Assembly (NCBI GenBank): GCA_963771395.1
Contig: CAVYTY010000029.1
Coordinates: forward strand, 13,206-77,205
Length of the DNA stretch: 64,000 bases
From: an uncultured Acidobacteriota bacterium
GTDB lineage: Bacteria; Acidobacteriota; Vicinamibacteria; Vicinamibacterales; 2-12-FULL-66-21
Direction: 5' to 3'
The translations under genes were made by a program, and so were the position numbers. Shown here piece after piece: positions 34,977-44,213 of the stretch. How positions within the stretch are numbered: the stretch's first letter is position 1; every line of letters starts with the position of its first letter. The notes below the pieces were generated by a model. That model saw only the letters and a list, made by a program, of their open reading frames with translations. It was not told the origin of the DNA and did not search any database.

Positions 34977-37900
34977 ATGGTTCGAAGAGCCTCTGTCGCC
35001 GTCTGCCTCACCGCGGTGCTCGCGCTGGCGTTTGGCAGTGCGTTCCCAACGGCCGCTCCCGTCCGCCTGGCCCGCCATCCTGACTACTACGGCGGCAAAG
35101 TCGTCTTCAGCTATCTTGGCGACATCTGGATGGCGAACGAGGATGGGTCGAACGTCCACCGCCTCACCGACAACCTCGCGCGCGAGGTGTATCCGCGGTT
35201 CTCCCCCGACGGACGCTCCATCGCCTTCTCGTCCAATCGATACGGCAACAACGACGTTTACGTCATCCCGTCGGTCGGCGGCACGCCCAGGCGGCTGACC
35301 TACCACACGGGCGGCGACGACGTCGTCGGCTGGACACGCGATTCCGGGAGCGTGATCTTCCGCGCCGCCCGCGGCGATGGGGCCTTCCCTTCCGTGGCGA
35401 CGCTCTATCAGATTGCGGCGAAGGGCGGACAGGAGCAGTCGCTGAACCTCGATTGGGGCTACTGGGGCAGCTTCTCGCCCGACGGCAAATCGCTCGTCTT
35501 CAACCGCCATCCGGCCACGTGGTCCCGACGCCACTATCGTGGCAGCTACGCCGCCGATCTCTGGATCGCCGACGTGGCGGCGCAGAGCTACACGAAACTG
35601 CTCGGCGACGAACAGTACAACCGGTACTGGCCGATGTGGGGCGCCGACGGGTCGATCTACTTCGTCGGCGATCCGCTGCCGAACGAGAAGGGCGTGATCC
35701 CAGGCAGCCTGGACGTAAGGAAGAGCGTCAACAACATCTACAGGATTCCCGTGAAGGGCGGACAGCCGACGCAGGTGACCCGGCACACCGATGGCAGCCT
35801 CTTCTGGCCGTCGATGTCGAGCGACGGCAAGGTCATCGTGTACGAAGACAACTTCGGCATCTGGAAGCTGGACGTCGCGTCCGGCAAGTCCAGCGAAATC
35901 AAGCTGGACATCGCCTCGGACGAAAAGCAGAACGAGGTCGAGTTCGAAACCATCACGAACGAAGTCGACACCTTCGACCTGTCACCGTCCAGCCGTCGCG
36001 CCGTCATTTCCGCGCGGGGACAGATCTTCACGATTGCGACCGAGCGCGGCGACATCACGCGCGTGGCGCCGGACAAGATGGCGTCCCGCAATCAGGCGCC
36101 AAAGTGGTCCGCCGACGGCAAGTTCCTCGCCTTCGTCTCGGATCGCTCGGGTCGCGACGAAATCTGGGTCAGCGACCCCGAAGGCCGCACGCCGAAGAAG
36201 ATCACCGACCTCGACAACGAGAAGGGCGCGCTCGTATGGACGCCGGATTCAACGGCGCTGCTCTACACTGCCGCCGACAAGAAGCTCTACAGCTACAACG
36301 TCGCCGACGGCAAGACCGCAGTCGTCGCGGCGAGCGATGTCGGCCGCATCGGCTCGGTCGACGTGTCACCCGACAGCAAGTGGATCGCCTTCTCCAAGCA
36401 GGATCGGACACTCCGCTCCCACGTCTACATCGTGCCGATCGCGGGCGGCGAGGAACGCCACATCTCCGACGACAGCCTGCTCTATTCCGAGACCAACGCC
36501 ATCTGGACCGCTGACGGGCGCTACCTCGTCTTCACGTCCTCCGAGGGCGCGAGCAACGGCATCGCGTCCCAGGGCGGCATCAGCACGACGATGGAGTTGT
36601 GGGCGCTGTCGCTGCGCGATCAGGACCGCGACCCGACGAACCGCGACATCGACAACGAGGCGCAGGGACTCGCCGCCGAGGCGGCCGCGCGCCAGAACAC
36701 CGGTCGCGGCGGCGGAGCCGCTGCAGCGCCCGCACCCGAGGTTCGCATCGACTGGAACGGCCTCGCGCGCCGCGCGCGGCAGTTGTCTGTTCCCGGAACG
36801 GCGATCGGCGGACTCACCGCGGCGCCGGAAGGACATTCCGTGGCGCTGACGGCGTCGAACGCGGGGGCAGGTGGCCGTGGTGGCGCGCCGGACGGGACGG
36901 CAGGCATCTACATCATCAATGTCGAAAGCGGGCAGTTGACGCGCGTGCCGCCCGCTCCTGAAAGCGCAGGCGCGGGCGCCGGGCGCGGCGGACGCGGCGG
37001 CGGAGCCGGAGGATTTGGCGGCGGTGGCAGCAGCATGGCGTTCGCCCGTGATGGTCGCACGCTCTACTTCCGCTCGGGCAGCGCGCTTTTCGCCGCTCCG
37101 ATCAATCTTGCCGGAACCGGCGGTGCGCAGGCTGCGGCGGGCGGAGGCCGGGGGGGCGGACGTGGCGGCCGCGGCGGCGCGCCAACCGTGACCGAACCGG
37201 CGGCCAATGCGTCGGCTCGTCAGGTCACTTACACCGTCAACATCGAAGTCGATCGCAAGGCGCTTCGCTCTCAGGTCTTCAACGAGGGCTGGCGCATCAT
37301 GAAGAACCGCTTCTACGACCCGAAGATGCACGGCGCGGACTGGGCCGCGATGAGGACCGCCTACGCGCCGCTCCTCGACTACCTCGTGGACGACGAGGAG
37401 CTGAACACCGTCATGATGATGATGATCGGTCAGCTCAACGCGTCGCATACCGGAGTGAGCGGCGGCGGACCGGCCAACGACAACCGGCCGGCGTTGCAGA
37501 CGCGCCAACCGGGATTCGATCTGGCGGCGGACCCCTCCGGCTTCTACAAGATTACCCACATCTACAAGGACGGCCCCGCCGATCACGACTACCTGAAGAT
37601 CAAGAAGGGCGACTACCTCATTTCGGTCGACGATCGCGACGTCAAGACCACCGAGAACTACTGGCAGTTCTTCACGCTCGCCGCCGGGAGCAAGTTCCAC
37701 TTCATGGTGAACGACAAGCCCGCCAAGGAAGGCGCGTGGGCGGTCACGATCTCTCCGGTGGCCGGCGGCGCCTTTACCGATCTGCAGTACGCCAGGTGGG
37801 TCGCCGATCGCCGCGAGATGGTGACGAAGTTGAGCGGCGGCGACATGGGCTACCTCCACATCCGTGCGATGGACGCGCCCTCGCTGCGTCAGTTCCAGCT

Positions 37901-38417
37901 CGACCTCGCGGCGCAGCGCACGAAGAAGGCGCTCGTCATCGACCAGCGCTTCAATGGCGGCGGCGGCATCGATCAGGAGCTGCTGGGCATCCTGGCAGGA
38001 CGCCAGTATCAATACACGATCGGACGCGATGCCGGCTTCCAGCAGCCGCGGCCGCAGAACTTCTACGGCCCGATGGTCGTGATGCAGAACGAACGCTCGG
38101 CCTCGGACGCGGAGATGTTCCCCGCCGGGTTCAAGGCGCTCGGTCTCGGCAAGGTCGTCGGTGTGCCGACGATGGGCGCCGTCATCGGCACGGGCTCCTA
38201 CACGCTGTTGAACGGTGCGGCGATTCGGACACCGGGCAGTGGTGTCTGGACGGTCACCGGTCAGAACATGGAGAACTACGGCGTGCCGCCCGATGTGCAC
38301 ATCGACAACACGCCCGGCGACTTCATCAAGGGCCGCGACGCGCAGATCGAGAAGGCGGTCGAGGTGCTGAAGGCCGAGATGGGCAGGAAGACGTCGACGT
38401 CGCAGCAGCAGCGGTAG
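34977..38417 (+). CDS. tricorn protease homologue (S41 peptidase with beta-propellers and PDZ)
   Basis: Intact ORF. RHPDYYGGKVVFSYLGDIWMANEDGSNVHRLT...PRFSPDGRSIAFSSNRYGNNDVY is the tricorn N-terminal signature. C-terminal S41 core ...IDQRFNGGGG...ERSASDAEMF. Contains Gly/Arg-rich inserts at about 36858-37190. Confidence 0.9.
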   Translation: MVRRASVAVCLTAVLALAFGSAFPTAAPVRLARHPDYYGGKVVFSYLGDIWMANEDGSNVHRLTDNLAREVYPRFSPDGRSIAFSSNRYGNNDVYVIPSVGGTPRRLTYHTGGDDVVGWTRDSGSVIFRAARGDGAFPSVATLYQIAAKGGQEQSLNLDWGYWGSFSPDGKSLVFNRHPATWSRRHYRGSYAADLWIADVAAQSYTKLLGDEQYNRYWPMWGADGSIYFVGDPLPNEKGVIPGSLDVRKSVNNIYRIPVKGGQPTQVTRHTDGSLFWPSMSSDGKVIVYEDNFGIWKLDVASGKSSEIKLDIASDEKQNEVEFETITNEVDTFDLSPSSRRAVISARGQIFTIATERGDITRVAPDKMASRNQAPKWSADGKFLAFVSDRSGRDEIWVSDPEGRTPKKITDLDNEKGALVWTPDSTALLYTAADKKLYSYNVADGKTAVVAASDVGRIGSVDVSPDSKWIAFSKQDRTLRSHVYIVPIAGGEERHISDDSLLYSETNAIWTADGRYLVFTSSEGASNGIASQGGISTTMELWALSLRDQDRDPTNRDIDNEAQGLAAEAAARQNTGRGGGAAAAPAPEVRIDWNGLARRARQLSVPGTAIGGLTAAPEGHSVALTASNAGAGGRGGAPDGTAGIYIINVESGQLTRVPPAPESAGAGAGRGGRGGGAGGFGGGGSSMAFARDGRTLYFRSGSALFAAPINLAGTGGAQAAAGGGRGGGRGGRGGAPTVTEPAANASARQVTYTVNIEVDRKALRSQVFNEGWRIMKNRFYDPKMHGADWAAMRTAYAPLLDYLVDDEELNTVMMMMIGQLNASHTGVSGGGPANDNRPALQTRQPGFDLAADPSGFYKITHIYKDGPADHDYLKIKKGDYLISVDDRDVKTTENYWQFFTLAAGSKFHFMVNDKPAKEGAWAVTISPVAGGAFTDLQYARWVADRREMVTKLSGGDMGYLHIRAMDAPSLRQFQLDLAAQRTKKALVIDQRFNGGGGIDQELLGILAGRQYQYTIGRDAGFQQPRPQNFYGPMVVMQNERSASDAEMFPAGFKALGLGKVVGVPTMGAVIGTGSYTLLNGAAIRTPGSGVWTVTGQNMENYGVPPDVHIDNTPGDFIKGRDAQIEKAVEVLKAEMGRKTSTSQQQR

Positions 38418-38438
38418 ACAGCCCTGCTGCGCTCTCGA

Positions 38439-39221
38439 CTATTGACTCCACCTCGGCATTGGATTGACTGCCCGCAGAGCGTCCAGGATGGCCTGGAGCG
38501 TCTGCTTCTGCTGAGCCTCGCGCGAGATCGTGGCCGGCCAATCTCCGGGTTGGAAGCCGTAGTAGCCGAACTGCGAGTGGTTGCCGCCGTCGATTGGCAC
38601 CAGGCGCGTCGATGGTGGCAGGTTTCCGCGCGTCCGCTCGATCTTGTCCGCGTCGGCGACGGTGTCGCGCGTCCCGTAGATCTTCGTCACGGGGAACGTG
38701 ACGTCAGCCAGGCTGAAGTCGCGAGGGTGCGACGTGCCGACGAGCACGAGACCGGCGACGTGCGGATACTTGCCTCGGGCGAAGGTCGACGCGACCTTTC
38801 CGCCGAGGGAATGACCGGCGATAACCCAACGATCCACATCGCTTTGTAGCATCATCGCGGCGCGCGCCCGATTGAGCACTTCTGGACCCTCTGCACCGCC
38901 GAATGCGCCGCGCCTCGGGAGCTCGACGAGGAGCACCGGAAACCGCGCCGACGCAACCGCGCGGGCGAGCGGCGCATACGCCGCCGGCTCGACGAGTGCG
39001 CCGGCGAAAAAAAGCAGCCCCGTCCTTTCCGGAGCGACTCTGGGCCGGAACGACCAGTGAGCGCCGGCCCGCTCGACGCTGACGTCTCGAGTGCTCTCGA
39101 GCGCAGCTTCGCCCTCTGCGCTCGCTTGGTACGCAAGGGATGCCCAGAGCGTGAAGACCACGAATGCCACCGTCCCGCAAATCGCCCAGACGCGACGAAT
39201 CTTCGCCCACCGTTGTCCCAT
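38439..39221 (-). CDS. alpha/beta hydrolase family protein, membrane-anchored
   Basis: Intact 260-aa ORF. N-terminal TM, nucleophile elbow GHSLGG, ...GGNHSQFG. Confidence 0.8.
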   Translation of the reverse strand: MGQRWAKIRRVWAICGTVAFVVFTLWASLAYQASAEGEAALESTRDVSVERAGAHWSFRPRVAPERTGLLFFAGALVEPAAYAPLARAVASARFPVLLVELPRRGAFGGAEGPEVLNRARAAMMLQSDVDRWVIAGHSLGGKVASTFARGKYPHVAGLVLVGTSHPRDFSLADVTFPVTKIYGTRDTVADADKIERTRGNLPPSTRLVPIDGGNHSQFGYYGFQPGDWPATISREAQQKQTLQAILDALRAVNPMPRWSQ

Positions 39222-39290
39222 CAGCTCATGCGGCCCCGCCGCGCCTGCACCAACCAGCCAGTCGTCCGCGTAGCTGCCACGCTCCGTGCG

Positions 39291-39968
39291 TCACGCGCGG
39301 ACGAGGCACCTGTCGTACCCGGCCGCAACCAGCGCTTCGTAGGCGTCCCACACATCTGCCGGAATATCCTGGGGAATCTGAAAACCCTTTTCCGCATAAA
39401 GCTTGACGCGCTGAAGATCCCCGACCATGATGCTCACGACGTCCTCGGTCGAGAGCACGTCGTTCGAGTATCTCGCGAGATACTCGTCGAGCGAGACCTG
39501 TGGCGAGGTCACGACCACGCGCTTTTCCGGCCACTGCTTCCTGAACGTCGCAAAGCTGCGCCGTTCCATGTAGGGCTTCTGCACCAGGATGAACGACTGA
39601 GGGTCGAGTCCCCGTTCGGCCAGCAAGCGCTTCGTGAAGAGAACGTTCTCGCCAGTATTCGTCGACCGGTTCTCCGTGAGGATGTTCTTTCTGGGAACAC
39701 CCATTCGCTCGGCGATCGCGGCGAACTGGTCCGCCTCCGGATCGGTCCATAGATGGCTCGTGATGGAGCCCAGGCCGCCCGAGAAGATGAGGAGCGGCGC
39801 CCAGCCGTCGAGGAAGAGCTCGGCGCCCCGCTCGGCCACACCAATGTCGTGGCTGCAGAGCACGAGGATCGCGTCTGCCTTCGACAGCGGATGACCGAGC
39901 TGGTGATACGCCCAGACCTTCTCGACGAGCTTCCTGATGCCCGGCGACAAGACGTCACTGTGCCGCAT
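39291..39968 (-). CDS. YdcF/DUF218 family protein
   Basis: Intact 225-aa ORF. ILVLCSHD...LLIFSGG...STNTGENV are typical of DUF218. The start overlaps the upstream stop by 14 nt. Confidence 0.85.
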   Translation of the reverse strand: MRHSDVLSPGIRKLVEKVWAYHQLGHPLSKADAILVLCSHDIGVAERGAELFLDGWAPLLIFSGGLGSITSHLWTDPEADQFAAIAERMGVPRKNILTENRSTNTGENVLFTKRLLAERGLDPQSFILVQKPYMERRSFATFRKQWPEKRVVVTSPQVSLDEYLARYSNDVLSTEDVVSIMVGDLQRVKLYAEKGFQIPQDIPADVWDAYEALVAAGYDRCLVRA

Positions 39969-40632
39969 CGGTCACCCGCACGATCGCCAGGCCGTCGTAG
40001 CCCTTGATGCCGACCGTCTGAATTGCCGTCGCCTCCACGCGCGGCTCAGACCGTACCAGCTCGAAGAACTTGCGCATCCCGAGCACGCCGGGATCAGTGC
40101 TCGATGGATCCGCCACCGCGCCATCCCGCACCACGTTGTCCACGACGATGAGGCTGCCGGGTCGCGACAGGGCGAGCGCCCAGGTGAAGTACTGTGGCGT
40201 ATTCACCTTGTCCGCGTCGATGAAGGTCAGGTCGAATGGGCCGCGCCCCTCAGCGGCGAGCTGAGGGAGCGTGACGAGCGCAGCGCCGACCCGGACCTGG
40301 ACCACACGAGACAGCCCGGCGCGACCGATGTTCGCCCGCGCGACGTCGGCGTGCCTCGGATCGGCCTCGAGCGTCGTGAGGTGGCCGCCGGCTGGCAATG
40401 CTCGGGCGAGCCAGATCGTGCTGTACCCGCCGAGCGTGCCGATCTCGAGGATTCTCGTCGCCCCCTGGATCCTGGCCAGAAGATGCAGGAGTCTGCCGTG
40501 GTTCGGAGCTACGGCAATCTCCGGAAGCCCCGCCGTCGCGCTCGTCGCCAGCACGGCATCGAGCGCCGCGTCGGATGGGACGAGCATGTCGATCAGGTAG
40601 CGGTCGACGCCGGTCCACAGTTCTGTCGTCAT
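39955..40632 (-). CDS. class I SAM-dependent O-methyltransferase (caffeoyl-CoA OMT-like)
   Basis: ORF 39955..40902 trimmed to ATG 40632 (MTTELW...), which makes an ATGA overlap with the upstream stop. ILEIGTLGGYSTIWLA (motif I), FDLTFIDADK. Confidence 0.85.
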   Translation of the reverse strand: MTTELWTGVDRYLIDMLVPSDAALDAVLATSATAGLPEIAVAPNHGRLLHLLARIQGATRILEIGTLGGYSTIWLARALPAGGHLTTLEADPRHADVARANIGRAGLSRVVQVRVGAALVTLPQLAAEGRGPFDLTFIDADKVNTPQYFTWALALSRPGSLIVVDNVVRDGAVADPSSTDPGVLGMRKFFELVRSEPRVEATAIQTVGIKGYDGLAIVRVTDAAQ

Positions 40633-41261
40633 TGTCTGTTCGAATGATTGCACGAATCCTTCCTGACGACCCACGTCGTCATGCACCGCGCGTCCTGGAC
40701 GATCGTCGTCTTCAGCGGATCGATCAGCCGCCCGCCCAGATCGTGTGTGAGGTCGAGGAGCATCGCCTGATCGACGAGGTAGCGCTCGGATCCGTCCGGC
40801 AGCAGACATCGCCGGCCGTCGATCCGCTGCATTCTGGTTTCCATGCCGATGTCGGACGCGAGCCTGGAGAAGAGCAGCCCTCCGCGCCTGAGCACGCGCC
40901 ACATCTCGCGCACCATGCCATCGAACTGCGCATCGTTTGTTGCGAAGTGCAGCACGGCGCTGCTCAAGACGGCGTCGGCGAACTCGTCCGGGAACGACAT
41001 TTCTTCGACGGACTCGACCCTGAAGTTGTTCTCCGGCAGATCGGGCGCGAGCCGCTTCGCGATGGCGCGCACCGACCCTATCGCGCCGGGATCGGCGTCC
41101 ACGCCGAAGATGTCGAACCCGTTTCTGAAGAAGTAGACCAGGTTGCGGCCGCCGCCGCAGCCCGCGTCGACCACGCGCATGCCCGGTGCGATCCTGCCGC
41201 GGAGGAGCTGATCGAAGAGGTAGATGTCTATCTGTCCGAACTCGGTCACCAGATCAGTCAT
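40629..41261 (-). CDS. class I SAM-dependent methyltransferase
   Basis: Intact 210-aa ORF. VVDAGCGGGRN (motif I), GGLLFSRL. Confidence 0.85.
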   Translation of the reverse strand: MTDLVTEFGQIDIYLFDQLLRGRIAPGMRVVDAGCGGGRNLVYFFRNGFDIFGVDADPGAIGSVRAIAKRLAPDLPENNFRVESVEEMSFPDEFADAVLSSAVLHFATNDAQFDGMVREMWRVLRRGGLLFSRLASDIGMETRMQRIDGRRCLLPDGSERYLVDQAMLLDLTHDLGGRLIDPLKTTIVQDARCMTTWVVRKDSCNHSNRQ

Positions 41262-41411
41262 GGCGTGTCAATCCTTCGTAACGGCTTGAACCCGGCACAT
41301 CCGCGAGAACGGATACCCGTTGCACCCGGTCTTCGGGAACCGCTGCCCAGCGGGTTGGACGGCATCTTGGGGTATGCCGCAATGAAGTCAAGGCAACAGG
41401 CACGCTCGGGA

Positions 41412-41810
41412 TCAGGCGCCCTTTCGTGGCTTGCGCGCGACGCCTTCGAGATGCGTTCGCCGGGACTCGTTTCGACGCCCCTGCTCCTTCCGACGGCAGG
41501 CCCAGCACCGACTGGCTATGGAATAAGCGAAGCCCTTGGCGACCTCATACCACCACTTCTGTTGAGTGGCAGTCCAGATCTCGTCCTTCCCGCAGTCCTT
41601 GCAGCGAAACGGCACGTCAACGTAGTAGCCGCGGTACACGAACGCGGGCGCGCCGTAGCTGTTGTTCGGGGCGAGGGCCGCGGGGTTGACGAGCACTCCC
41701 CTCGCCTCGAGCTGCTTCCAGCGAGCGGCCTCCTCGAGCTTGTCACGCCGCGCGGCACGAGCGGCACGACGAATCTTGATCTCTTCGGGGCGCGCCTTCC
41801 CACGAGTCAT
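41412..41810 (-). CDS. zinc-ribbon domain protein (zf-trcl-like)
   Basis: ORF 41412..41867 trimmed to ATG 41810. FRCKDCGKDEIWTATQQKWWYEVAKGFAYSIASRCWACR carries two CxxC pairs. Lys/Arg-rich N-terminus. Confidence 0.75.
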   Translation of the reverse strand: MTRGKARPEEIKIRRAARAARRDKLEEAARWKQLEARGVLVNPAALAPNNSYGAPAFVYRGYYVDVPFRCKDCGKDEIWTATQQKWWYEVAKGFAYSIASRCWACRRKEQGRRNESRRTHLEGVARKPRKGA

Positions 41811-42085
41811 GCGCACACCCCCAACGGGACGCACGAATACCGCAACGGCGACCCCGCGCCGGGACACTCGGACAGCGCAGCCAGGCAGACAGGCTCTCGC
41901 ATCCCGGACCCGTCAGATCCGCGTCCGGTCAGGACGTGTTCCACGTCCACTTTCATGTGATCCCGCGCTTCGAGAATGATCGGTTCAACGACGGCGATGA
42001 CCGTTTTCCGTATGGGTGCGTCGAGGTCGCCCGCGAGGTACGCCGGACACAGGCTGCCCGGATCAGCGCCGCGCTGGGACGTCAA
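41807..42085 (-). CDS. hypothetical small protein (uncertain)
   Basis: TTG-initiated 92-aa ORF whose stop makes an ATGA overlap with the zinc-ribbon gene start. No motif recognised. Separated from the in-frame ORF 42101..42298 by a single TGA. Confidence 0.3.
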   Translation of the reverse strand: MTSQRGADPGSLCPAYLAGDLDAPIRKTVIAVVEPIILEARDHMKVDVEHVLTGRGSDGSGMREPVCLAALSECPGAGSPLRYSCVPLGVCA

Positions 42086-42225
42086 GCCCCGGCCTGAATG
42101 TCACATAGCCCATCCCGACTGAGCCTGCCGAATCCGCTGGCGGTTCACCAACCCTCGTCTCTTGACATCGACGGTGATCCTGTAGTCGCACTGAACACAG
42201 GTGAACACGTGCGACCGCCATACGT

Positions 42226-43140
42226 CTACTTCGTGTAGCCCCGGCGCGCCGTGATTGTCGCCTTCCCACTTTTCAGCCGCAGATCGATTGTGTGCCACCC
42301 CCCGGCGACTACCCTCTGCGGCCGGTACGTGAGGACGTAGCGGCTTCGGAACTGCATCACAATGGCAGAGAACAAGTCGCTGAGCTCGTCGGCCCGCTCC
42401 GCGATAGAGATGTGGCCTCCGGTGATGTTCGCCACTTCGAGCATCGCGGGACGTGCCGACTGGGAGGCAGTGTTCTCGGTCCAGAGTTCGATACCAGACC
42501 TGTACTCCAATCGGACATCCGGTCGCGGCGGGCGCCGCGTCACGACGTACACGACTGCGTCGCTGCGCCGCGCACGTTCCATGAGTGCGCGCGCCGGCAG
42601 CCAGCTCGACGTGTCGCCGCCGTCACTGAACAGCAGGACGAACGAGCGGCGGCCCGGGAGGTTGTCCTTGAGCGTCAACGCCGCATACGCCGCATCGTAG
42701 AGTGAGGTGGCGCCTCTGGCGGCCGCGGCGGTGATCGCGTTGCGCATGGCCGTGGACGGTGGACTCCAGTCGGCCCGGAGGGTGACGGCGTCCGCGAACG
42801 TCACGATGGCAGCGCGATCGCGGGTTGTCAGCGAATCAACGGCTGCGATCGCGGCGCGTTTCAGATGACTCAGCGTCGCCCCTTCCACACTATTGCTGGT
42901 GTCGAGCGCCAGCAGCATGCTGACGGGCGTCTCGTCGACAGTGACCGAGTCGATCTCCTGCACGATGCCGTTGTCGCGCAGCTCGAAATCGTTTGCCCTC
43001 AAGCCGCTCAGGGCACGTCCTCCCTGCGTCACGAGCACGTCTACGGTGACGACTTCGACGCCACTGCGGAACTGCTGGACGGTTGATTGGCTGACCGCAA
43101 GTGATACGGCGATGAGTGTAGCGGCAGTTTTCATCGCCAC
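42226..43140 (-). CDS. VWFA-related acidobacterial domain protein (TIGR03436-like)
   Basis: Intact 304-aa ORF. FRSGVEVVTVDVLVTQGG...DFELRDNG... followed by the MIDAS motif LLALDTSNSV. Confidence 0.85.
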   Translation of the reverse strand: MAMKTAATLIAVSLAVSQSTVQQFRSGVEVVTVDVLVTQGGRALSGLRANDFELRDNGIVQEIDSVTVDETPVSMLLALDTSNSVEGATLSHLKRAAIAAVDSLTTRDRAAIVTFADAVTLRADWSPPSTAMRNAITAAAARGATSLYDAAYAALTLKDNLPGRRSFVLLFSDGGDTSSWLPARALMERARRSDAVVYVVTRRPPRPDVRLEYRSGIELWTENTASQSARPAMLEVANITGGHISIAERADELSDLFSAIVMQFRSRYVLTYRPQRVVAGGWHTIDLRLKSGKATITARRGYTK

Positions 43141-44209
43141 ACCTCAGCGCGTAGCTGATCGAGAGATGGACCGAGGTCGGTCGCGGGATTGGCAAGATAG
43201 GTCCGGAGCGGCTCGACGGCGCGGCCGCGCGTTGTCGTGAAATGCAGCGCGAGCGTCTCGTGCGCTTCCGGCTCCCGGCCAGTTCGCATCAGGACGTGCG
43301 AGAGCGCAAGCGGCGCTGCCTGGCCCCAGCGGAACGTGTCGAGCGCCGCCCGGGTACTGCTTTGCGGCATCGTCGTAACGCGCCTGACGTTCCGCAATGA
43401 CACCCAGGAACATCATCGCCAGGTACCGAACCGGAAGGCTGTGGGCGGCGGAGGCGACGCGAAGCCACCGTTCGGCGTCAGCCTCGCGGCCATCGAGGAG
43501 CCTGACGCGGCCCAGGTGGAGTGCCGCTGCCACGCAGGCCGGGTCAGCGGCCATGGCAACTTCGAAGTGTCGCGCGGCAGCACGCAGTTCCGCGCGGGCC
43601 TCGGGCGGTACGACCGACGTGCCCTTCGGCAAGGGTCCGCTGAGCGGCCCGGCGACTGCAGCCTGAATCTCCGAGCGGACCCCCATCTCGAACGCAGCCA
43701 ACGCGCGGGTTTGATCTTCGGACTCCCGCAGCCACTTCATCGAATGCGTGCTCAGGTTCGATGCCATCTCAGGCGCTCCGAAGGCATGCAGAAGGCCCGC
43801 TACCGTATCGCGCCAGCGGCGGGCGAACTCCGCCTGCCCGGCCGTGCGGTCGACGGCCGCTCTGAGCAACGTCGTCGCGGCATCGATGTGGGCGACAGCG
43901 TCCGGTTGCCGGGCCATCTTGACCAGCCGCAGCGACACATCGGTGTGCAGCATGGCCGCGGCGGCGAGATCAATGGGTGACCAGCCGCTCGTCGGCTCAA
44001 CGACGCGATCGACGAGGGACGGATCGGAAGTCAACCGGGCGATATCGGCGTCGGCCGTCGGACGGCCGCCGCGGGTACTCGTCGACGATGAGTCGATAGG
44101 CGGCGTAGTCCGCCTGGGGCTGCGCCTGGCCGGAGAGGGCCGAGATGGCTAACAGTGCCACAGAAAGTGTGCCACCAACGGCAAGCGGCGGCCATTTGTC
44201 GCTCGGCAT
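43131..44209 (-). CDS. hypothetical secreted alpha-helical (TPR-like) protein; frame broken twice
   Basis: MPSDKWPPLAVGGTLSVALLAISALSGQAQ...RLIVDEY (ORF 43997..44320) | RGGRPTADADIARLTSDPSLVDRVVEP...DDAAKQY (ORF 43144..44034) | RAALDTFRWGQAAPLALSHVLMRTGREPEA...LRAEVWR (ORF 43131..43403). Both joins are at GTACC sites (44074-44078 and 43353-43357). Confidence 0.55.
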
Positions 44210-44213
44210 CTGG

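Noticed and set aside
42101-42103. In-frame TGA between ORFs 42101..42298 and 41807..42085, as possible selenocysteine or readthrough
   Set aside because: Neither ORF has a recognisable family. The upstream ORF overlaps the 3' end of the VWA gene, and no SECIS-like hairpin follows the TGA. Most likely only the downstream ORF, if either, is real.
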